Shown here in pieces: positions 22,574 through 31,739 of a stretch of DNA of 36,814 nucleotides (positions are counted from its first letter, which is position 1; the number at the start of each line of letters is the position of its first letter). Origin of the DNA: Perkinsus chesapeaki ATCC PRA-425 (Eukaryota > Protista > Perkinsozoa); contig JAAPAO010000358.1 in the NCBI GenBank assembly GCA_013115145.1, forward strand, positions 1 through 36,814, written 5' to 3'. Below the pieces are notes generated by a model. The model had not been told where the DNA came from and did no database searches. It worked only from the letters and a program-made list of their open reading frames with translations. The translations under genes were made by a program, and so were the position numbers.

Positions 22574-25500
22574 TTAAACGTAGCTTCGTACAATTGATAT
22601 AGCTGAACCGGGAGAGCGCTTCTTTCCGAACCCGACAAACGCAAGTTCGTTCCTCACCAGCTCCTCGGTAACTTCTTCAATTTCCATATAACCTGTGTTG
22701 GGGAAACGCTGAGTTAAATCGATCGCTCGATCGATTTGCTTACCTTCCAAGTCCGATATAACACTCTCAATCTCAAAGCTGAAAAAAGCAAACCAAGTAA
22801 ACACAACAAATGTATGAAAATGACGTCCTTGGGAATCGAACCGGCGACCTCTCGCTTACTCGTGGAAAAAACACGCCGAGGAAACGCAATCAACAGCAAA
22901 TTCGAAATTCACATCATCCTCCAACTGAAAGAAATCAAATCGATCACGCGATCGATACGAGCCATGAACTCACCGCCGCCTTGGATGTATCAGAGATCGT
23001 GTCAACTTCGTAAACTGGCAAAAACGACGAAAATTTTCGGGAAAAAAAATAAAAAAACTCACCCGAAGATTCTTCCGACCTCAAATCGCACCCGAAAGAA
23101 TATCTGAAAAATTTCCGTATTTTCCCCAAATTTCCGTCCTTCACCTTCGGCATGCATTGGCTGCTAGACCTTCCGATAAATTCTCCATGAACTGAAAACG
23201 AAGAAAATTTAGGGAAAAATTTGCGTCGCTGTAATTGCCCAGGTTTGAAGACAATCCGAAAAATGAAGGGGAAACATTCGGACAAATTCTGAGAAAATGA
23301 TTTCTGAATTTTCTTATCTGATTAATTTCGCAGACAAAAAATTCCTCCGCGTGCGGATCCAGAATCTTGTAAAATGCAGCGTTTATATTTTCCCAGATTT
23401 TTCCTGGTTTTTTCGAATCGTCCTTCTCAAGAAACTCACCTGTGAAAGAGGTGTTGAAGATTCTGACGAGGCCGAAAAAATTTCTGGGAAATCTGAAACA
23501 AATACAGAAATTTCCGGAAATTTTCTGCCTACCTGACATGCTATCCACAGCACTGATCGACTCACCAGAATCGTCACGCGCCTGAAAATTATTCCATCAT
23601 CGACGAGAATCTTTTGACCTCACCGAAAGTGTTGAACTTGATAAGATATTCCCGACAACCTCCTCAGCGAGCAGCACTTCTACGGACATGTCAAATCTTG
23701 AAATCTTGCATTTCCTCAACGCATCACCCCACCATTGATTTATAAAAATAGGAACCTTCTCATCCTGAAACGCTTTTTCCTGAAACATGCTTTATTTTTC
23801 CATAAATTTTTCCCGATTTTTTTCTGTTTCTTCCTCGCTGGCCACCTCGTCCAGTCTCCGCAAGAACGCTTTTTCCTGCGGCAAAATTTCCACAATTTCC
23901 GAAAATTTTGCGCAGATTTCCCGCACACTCGTCAGGACACTCCACGTGCTGATCAGATACACTTCGTGCCGCTGTAAGGCGCCAATGCAGGCTCGACCGA
24001 ACTCGGCAAGCCAAATATTCTCTCCGCCGGATTCGAAGCGATGCCCGTTAACCTCCGTCAAATGCTCCAAGGCCCGCTCGACCTCCTCGTCAACTTCTCC
24101 GACGAATTCGTTGGTCGCCAAATCCAGCCACTCTCGATTGCAAAATGGCTTCATCGCTTGGGCTAAATGGATCGCCCTCAATCCATGAAGACCGTTGTGG
24201 AGCAACAATGATCGAAGAATCAAGCAAATGTGCACCGTCGTTGAATTCCAAATTTTCAAATCTTCAATCGCCGCCAAGACACTTGTCCAGTGCGCCGGAT
24301 CCAGTTGATTTTCGGCCGTCAAAAACTCAACCATCTTCATCACGCTGAATTTCCTTTCGCCGATCGTCGATATTTTTTTCTGAAATTTTATTTCTTCCGT
24401 AAATTCCGGATCATTCGTAAGCGCTCGAATCAACGCCCCCGTGGCCGTTTCTGGGCGAATCTTCAGTTTTGAGAATGCCGTCAAGAGTGCCACAATTTGC
24501 ACTTGGTTCAAGCTGGCAATCACAGCTGGTCGGCACAGACTCTCCAATAAGGACTTCAGAGTCTGAAAAAATGGGGAAAAATCCTGGAAAATTCAGAAAA
24601 ATTGCTGGGGGAACAGGTTATCGAAATACCAATACTGGAACTTCCAGTCTGGAAGTGTGCATGCTAACAATTACTGTAATCATAAGAAACGGAACTTCTG
24701 TGAAATAACGTTCCCTCAGCAAACCCGCGCATGAAACGTCATGAAGAATTCAAAGAGGAAAATACCTACGAAAATTTCCAAAAACTCCCAAAAATTTCCA
24801 AAGTTTCCAAAAATTTCCATGGAGGAATTTCAACTTACACATTTCTGCAAGATAAAGGAAATAATGAAAAACACGATTTTCCCCGAAATATACGAAAATT
24901 TTCTCAACTTTTATTTCACTTTTATTAATGAGGCTTCTCCAAGGAAAAGACCTTCCCCCCCAAAAGAATTTTTCGATGGCCAAAAATAACTCACCGATTT
25001 CATAATTGGTTCTGGTATCTCCTCCATGTGATGACTCAAGACGGCCAAAAGTTGCTGAATTTGTGCAGCAGCAAGTTTCCCTGTCCCTTTCTTCTTGATC
25101 GTCCTCAGACAGCCAATCGCTAGTTTTTCGGAAAAATTCGACAACTTCGATAATGTACAAAAAACCGTCGCCGAATTGCTCGCTGACCAATCCGAAAGAT
25201 TCCTCTCGCCCACAGCCGCCAGAAGATCTCGGACCGCACTCGAGAGAATCGGCCGTCTTTTCTGCACCGCCAACAGTAATTGCGTTGTTGCCGTTTCGTT
25301 GAGCGTCGATGCATATCTTTTTGCACGCACGCACAAGAGGTCCAAAATTTCCTGCTCCGGATCGAGGCAAGTATTCAACCTCGACACCACCGTCATCATT
25401 ACCAGCAATTGCTGCGCCGTCACTTCAGGTTTCTCGCGCGCCAATAAATTCAAGAATCTCTCGCGCGCTTTGTCCATGAACTCTCCATCAAAGACCTCCG

Positions 25501-26425
25501 ACCGCGCAAAAATTCCCAAAATTTGCACCAGTTGGAAAATTTCCATTTTTCCCAAAAATTTCGTCGCCTCTTTCGCGATGTCGTGGAGCAAGCAATAATC
25601 GATCAGATCCTGTCTCTGCGTGGCGTCCGCCAACTGCAACAATTTCCGTACCGATCCAACCTTTCCAATTCCATCTGAAGCCTTCACAGCCAATAAATGC
25701 TGAACCCTCTCGCTCGGTTGAGCATTCAACTTCGCCGCCGCAATCATTATTTCTCCAAAAATATCCGACCTTGAAGCGTGCATCTCACACACAGCTGCAA
25801 ATATCTTTTCTATCATCTCCGCATTTGTATCAATTTTCTCATTGCCAACCACCAACCTCGGTTGCATCCTCGCCAGACAGCAATACGCCTCAATCGTCCA
25901 CCAGTTTAATTCCTCCATCTGGACCGCCAAAGCTTCGATGCACATTTCCGCGAATCTAGGATCCCTCAAATGTTCGCATCTCTCCAAAGCCAAACATGTC
26001 CGAGCCAGCAACTGCGCGTCACCGCCAAGTCCATGCAACAACGCCGAAAATATCTCCTGTAAGATCTTATTCGGCAATTTCTCGCGCGCCACAATATTAA
26101 TCGCCCCCACAAGCTCCTTTCTCGAGTATCTTTCAATTCCGCAAGACACTGCCCGACCAATGGCAGCCGTTCCGAGTCGTCCAGATGAAAATTTTCCGGA
26201 ATTTTCCGAAAAATTTCCGAAACTTTTCAGAAAGTTCCTTCTTGTTGATCGCCGAGATACTCCTCCAGTATGCAGCAGACGGGCCGGTGTCACGCCGATT
26301 TTCGTGGCGCAGTGACGCGACGGTTTTCTCCTCAACCGTTTCAAAAACAATATGGCAGATTTCGGCAGTTCACGAACGCAACGGCGTCTACCGCAGGACT
26401 TCAGGGGCTCGACCATTTGCAACAT
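22574..26425 (-). CDS. Large alpha-helical repeat protein (HPR/OPR/FAST-like; putative organellar RNA-binding), multi-exon
   Basis: Long ORFs 24911-26425 and 23792-24547 with recurring helix pairs such as MEIFQLVQILGIFARSEVFD, WSASNSATVFCTLSKL and LNQVQIVALLTAFSKLKI. The family call is by pattern only. Confidence 0.55.
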
Positions 26426-26816
26426 CGAGGAATCTTAGCCTGAAGCGTGCAACATACGAATTAGGTTAACAAAACACAATCGGTTCCACCGAAACCTTCA
26501 CGAAAGAGATACTGATAATACTGACCATTCAATCAAAAAAATCTCGCTCCACATCACATTTTCCCGCGCGCCACAAAACCACCAACCAGCAAGAAATCTT
26601 TTAATATCAAAAATGTAGCTCTCCGCGGCAAACGACTTTTTCATTATCCGACACATCGGTATGACAGGGTCTGCTACAGGGGGAATATCACCACCTCGAC
26701 GAGCAAGTATGAGAACTAGATTAGATATAATCACTACGTTAGGAAAATAATCAACAACAACAACCGTCACGCGCCACAAAATGAGTCAGTAATGAGCGTG
26801 TAACTGTGAAGGTAAA

Positions 26817-29800
26817 TTATCCGCCAGCCGATTCCAAAAGCCTCTCGTTTAAAAGATTCTCTTTTCCTGTTTCTTCCTCGACAACCTTCGGCTTCCACAA
26901 AGTGATGAGCATCACTCCACTGATCACCGTAAACATACCTAAATCGATCACGTGATCGATTATCAACCATATCATATCACACAAAAGTCGCCTTGGGGAT
27001 TTCCCGAAAAGAATCCATTTCTCCCGTTGCGATTATTAGAAAAATATTCCTGAATCGCTTCGCTCCGCCTATCATCCAAAAAACTGTAGAATAGCCCTTA
27101 GCAATTTTCCCAAAATAATCTTCCAGAAGATATAAAACGTGAATCGCTTCGCTCCGCCGTCTTCCTATTACCTATCAACTTTGTAGCTCCCGGAGCTGCC
27201 CCCAGGAACATATAAGCAAATATTAATCCCAGAATAGAGTTAGATGCCGCAATGACATTGACCACAGCAGTACAAGGATACGCCACGGCTTCATTCAAAG
27301 CCGCCACGCCGATGAACTGCGCGAGACCGGACACGTTGGGCCAGAAATATCTGAAAAAACGCTCCAACTGAATCGCAAACGTGGCCAGCGCTCGCACTGT
27401 TGTCGGTAATAATAGCATTTATCGAATATAACCTCGCTGAGATTATTTTCTGTAAGTTTTATAGTAATATGTAGTCAACTTGAATCCGCATCAGATCGAC
27501 CAAAATAAAATGTGATTGATAACCCAAGTCAACGAAATAAATTAATTTGCTACTTTGACCAGAAATATGGAACAAATTGCCAACTATCTTTCATCACTCT
27601 CCGACAAATCGAGGGAGGGGGAGCGCAACCTTTGTTGCACTGGTAAGACTTTCATGAAAATTAAATAATTATAAAGGGAATCATTTAAAGAAGTCGGACT
27701 CTGCACCAATCCATGATGTGAACCCCTCCCGTGGCCTCACGTAGAGGAGACCGATTCTCCAGCCAAGCACAGCTAACTACTGTTGAGCCGTATTATGGTG
27801 TAAATAAATTAATCCATCTATTAGGTTAAATAATAACCAAAAACATCAACGCAAAGTACTCAACCCACCGCCCAAGAAAGTTAATCTTCAATTCTCAAAA
27901 TGGCTCCCCGGGCGACAGGGGGCCTCACGGAAAAATAATTTAACTTAATAATAAAAATACAATAGGCGACACAGTACGGGGCTTGCCCTTTTCAATCAAG
28001 TTGGCCGCCAGTCCCGCGTGACACAATCGGCAGCTTCAGCATTGCCAGTGAAATCCCTCCTCTATTACAACGATCCATAATCCTTAGGCGCCTCGGAAGC
28101 TCCTTGTCTCGCCGCATAGACAAGCGCAATAATTCCAATAAAAAGCATGGTGAACAACCTGCCTGTGAAGCGGGATCTGAAAAAAATCGATCACGTGATC
28201 GATTATGAAGAATAACCAAACTCAGCTAGTCTCACCGAAAATGCCTTCCTAATGCGGCGGACGCGAGATTCGAGAGGGAAAATTTCCGGAATTTTTGGAA
28301 AATATATTTGATGACAAAATAGAGTCTCAACTAGATAATCTCCTTCGCCTCTCGGAACAAACATACGATAAAAAATTAATTAATTTCGGAAAAAAATTAA
28401 ACCAAACAAATAGGAGATTATTTCCCCCTTGAACGTAGACCGCACTGCAGTGAACTCCTCCAAACTGAGCGAGCAAGTTCTCCCTCATTTTCTAGGACAT
28501 TTTCCCATTCCAAAATCGCCAAGAACTCTCCTTGTCCATTGCACTGTCCGGCAGTCCCTATTACATTGCAGCCTGTCCCTCAATACAGGTATACCGCATG
28601 AAGAGCAAACTACTAGCAAAAGTAAGCATGCCAAAGATAGCATAGAAAAATCCAATCAGATGGCCCACTCGAGAATCAAACGCGGCCATAACCACCAAGC
28701 CTGACACCAGGAAATCTTGCTCATCTTGCTAATTCTTGCATTTCCTCAACGCTACCTGTCAGAACTATCAAAATTGCCACCCCTTGCATCAACGACAGTT
28801 TTTCATGATACAGAAAATGACAGGCTATTCCGACCACCTGAAAAAAATAAAAAAATAAGAAAAATAAAAAAGAAAAAAAAGAAAAAAAGAAAAAGTTACG
28901 AAAATTTCACAAGTTGACAGAAATACAAAATATAATGATTACATGTCACCGAAAATTCAGGTTAGTTTGCCTCGTCGTTTGTGCGAGTGCGGTCGCATAA
29001 CGTTACGCGTCACCAAAGGCCGCCTACGATGGGATTCACCCTGCTGCAACAGCAGCTCTTCCTGATGTTTTGATACGTGTCAGCTTTATTACGTGTATTG
29101 CCGTATCGTCTTAGTTGATAAAGTCGTAACTTACTATAAAGCTAGTTTCGAAATTGCTCAACCACAATTGTTGAGTTGAAGTGGGACGTATACGTTGAAT
29201 GCAAAGGTACTGGACGAATACCTTTGAGATGCTTTCCTATTCTGAGATGACAAAGGCAAAACTGCTGGATGAAACAATGATGGATCAACAGAAAGGAGAA
29301 AATGACACCACTGGACCAACTGGCCACTGGATGTAATAACACTGGATCAGATGATATACACCCATCGCACGCAACGTGTGCGTGCAGACGATTGTGCTGA
29401 GTATGCTGGGTAGCCAATGGCTACCAGGTAGCCAATGGTAGCCAATGGCGATTGTGCTAGCATGGCTACTAGCCATGCTATACCGTAATACACATCGCAT
29501 TTCAGCCCTCATCCCTCTGTGGTACTACACCTTCCAGCATGCACGTTATGGCGTATTTCTCGCTTGCCTTGTCTTCACACGCTAGCCGTTTCGCAAGATA
29601 TTAATCATGGAATGCCACTCATAAACTACTTATTATCAAATGTAGGATTCTTGCTGTTGCATAACGTTTGATCTGGTATAACACCCTCCGCTCCCGGGTG
29701 AAGGGCTCGTCGTCAACAGTTGTTTTCTGTACAGTGTAAATATAGCACCCAACTTGCTGGTGGACGGACTCTACGAGTACCACCGATTCTCGCGCTCGAG

Positions 29801-31206
29801 TATGATAATTTAACGGCAAGAAAGAGACAAACAAATTCTCCCCAAAATGGGGAAAATCAAAACAACAAAAAACGCTTGAAACCCCTCTCCCATTAATACC
29901 ATAATATCCGATGACGATACTGCCATCAACGGTCCTGTCGAATCCGGATCAGTTGCGAATGCCCGCTGAATCATCAACAACGAGAACCCAATGCATAGAC
30001 CTGTAAGCGGAAAGCGCTCGCCCGGGTGATCGATTTAATAATACCAACGTACCTTGTCCGACTGTTAGAGCTTTCGATGTGAAACTAAGCGTGGATGAGA
30101 ACTTTGCTCCACCGAGTCGATAAATTCTGACATCCTCATCGGTGTAGAAAATCGTACCAAATTTGAACCTGGGAATTGTGGTGTCCAATTTGAAGGGCGA
30201 TAAACTAGTATTAAAAATAAAGTAATAAAACGGACAGCATTATTAAACAAATAACGAGTCTCTTCTTTGGCGCCACCCTAATAAGATTCCTAATCTTATA
30301 TAATACATCTCGAAGCTCCGTGAAGATAAGTTCTCTCAATGGCACTCGTGAAAGACGAGCCTCAGGCAACTGGACGACGACGCCGACGATGAGCTGCCGC
30401 CTTTCGTTCGAAGCCCGAAAATCTTCTAATAATGTCCAATTTATCGAGAGGGAAGAATTGTTTCATCACCATTGCTCCATATTTGGTATCATCACCATTG
30501 AAGGCGATGAATGACTATATAACGTCGGCTTCGGCGGCGGCGGAAAAAGGAAAAGCAGGAAAAGCCTGCTGGAATCGAGACTGCAGTAGCAACTCAGCAG
30601 TTGAGGTGTAAATGATCCTCCTTCATGACACACTTCGTGCCACGAAGAAGGCATTAAAAAGTACTAAAAGTTATCACTGATATACAAGACGGTCTGTGAT
30701 GTTAGTTGTTAAATTTATACAGTATCATCATTAGTTATATCATTACATTATTAGATGGCAAATCTTACCATTTAAAACCTCTGATGACCAATTAACAGAT
30801 AAATGAGTATATGTACTTCCGTGAAGAGAAAATCGATAATAATAAAGTGATATAATATTATAATGCAAAGTGATATAATAAAATGATAATAATAAAGTAA
30901 TATATATTTGTTAATCAACTATATATAATTTTCTCAATGTCTCAATAGAACCTATCGGATCAATTGCTGAATGTTATCCATATGATTCCCTAAAAGAACC
31001 CTTGCCCATCATCATCATTACTACCACAAATAGACCGCCGGTATCATCGCCAACACTCCACAAGACGCCCAGTTCTGACCGACTGTCGCCCACGGGTTCG
31101 CTCCTTCTTGCTGGTTGCAATAAGATATTAAAAAATTAGACACGCCGAACGAAAAGCATGCCACCAGAGACCAAAGGACTGCCTGGGGGGCCACCTCGAT
31201 CGCCAT
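26817..31206 (-). CDS. EamA/DMT-like multi-pass membrane transporter, paralog A (middle exons not found; possibly disrupted)
   Basis: Exon 1 MAIEVAPQAVLWSLVACFSFGVSNFLISY (31206-31024); exons VVGIACHFLYHEKLS, GLVVMAAFDS..GFFYAIFGMLTF, RFTGRLFTMLFIG, FWPNVSGLAQFIGVAALN..YPCTAVVNVIAASNS and GMFTVISGVMLITLWKPK align with paralog B. Confidence 0.7.
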
Positions 31207-31664
31207 GCCAGGAAAAAAGCTCACTGAAATCGATCACGCAATCGATAATACGATATGATATTAAGTAGTGTTCAATCACTTTTTTCCTCCCGATCAAGCA
31301 GGAAAATTTTGTTACGGAATCGCTTGCCTTGGAGATTCAAGGTTTAATCTCCGCGTTAGCTCACCGAGCTCATTAAGACGACGTCGTTCAGGAACACCGA
31401 CGGAGCTCCATGCTGGCGCCTGGAACTACATAAAATATCTGCATTCCATATCCCCTCCTCCTCCTCCGTATCACTAGTACCCATGGTAAAACTAGATTAC
31501 CAATTAATAACACCACGACATCAGAAGGATCATTCTGAAATGCTCTCACACGGCAATGTAACAAATATCAACCTTTTCAAGACAACCGAGGTATCACTCG
31601 GAAAGCTCCGTCATCATCATCACTGCGCATTAATAAAGTGAGCTCCTATACGGTCGCTCCATGC

Positions 31665-31732
31665 GTACCTGAATGGCCTAACGGTAGAGCACTCGGCCTT
31701 AAACCCATTGACCCTTGTTCCATCCCCGCGGC
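31665..31732 (+). pseudogene. Degenerate tRNA-like sequence (A-box and B-box remnants)
   Basis: TGGCCTAACGGTAGAGC (D-arm/A-box-like) ... GACCCTTGTTCCATCCCC (T-arm-like); the stems do not pair fully. Confidence 0.3.
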
Positions 31733-31739
31733 CTACTAT

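Noticed and set aside
20773-24989. Numerous short Phe/Lys/Ile-rich ORFs on both strands
   Set aside because: Products of A/T-tract intron sequence or antisense to real exons.
29409-29450. Resemblance of GTAGCCATTGGCT to the dinoflagellate/Perkinsus spliced leader core (GTAGCCATYTTGGCT)
   Set aside because: It needs a 2-nt gap, lacks the CTCAAG end and the following GT/Sm site, and is explained by the local palindrome cluster.
29619-30250. Possible LTR-retrotransposon integrase-tail remnants
   Set aside because: No diagnostic motif (HHCC, DDE, GPY) could be recognised.
16282-31732. Functional tRNA genes at 16282, 22831 and 31665
   Set aside because: No complete cloverleaf; acceptor, anticodon or T stems do not pair.
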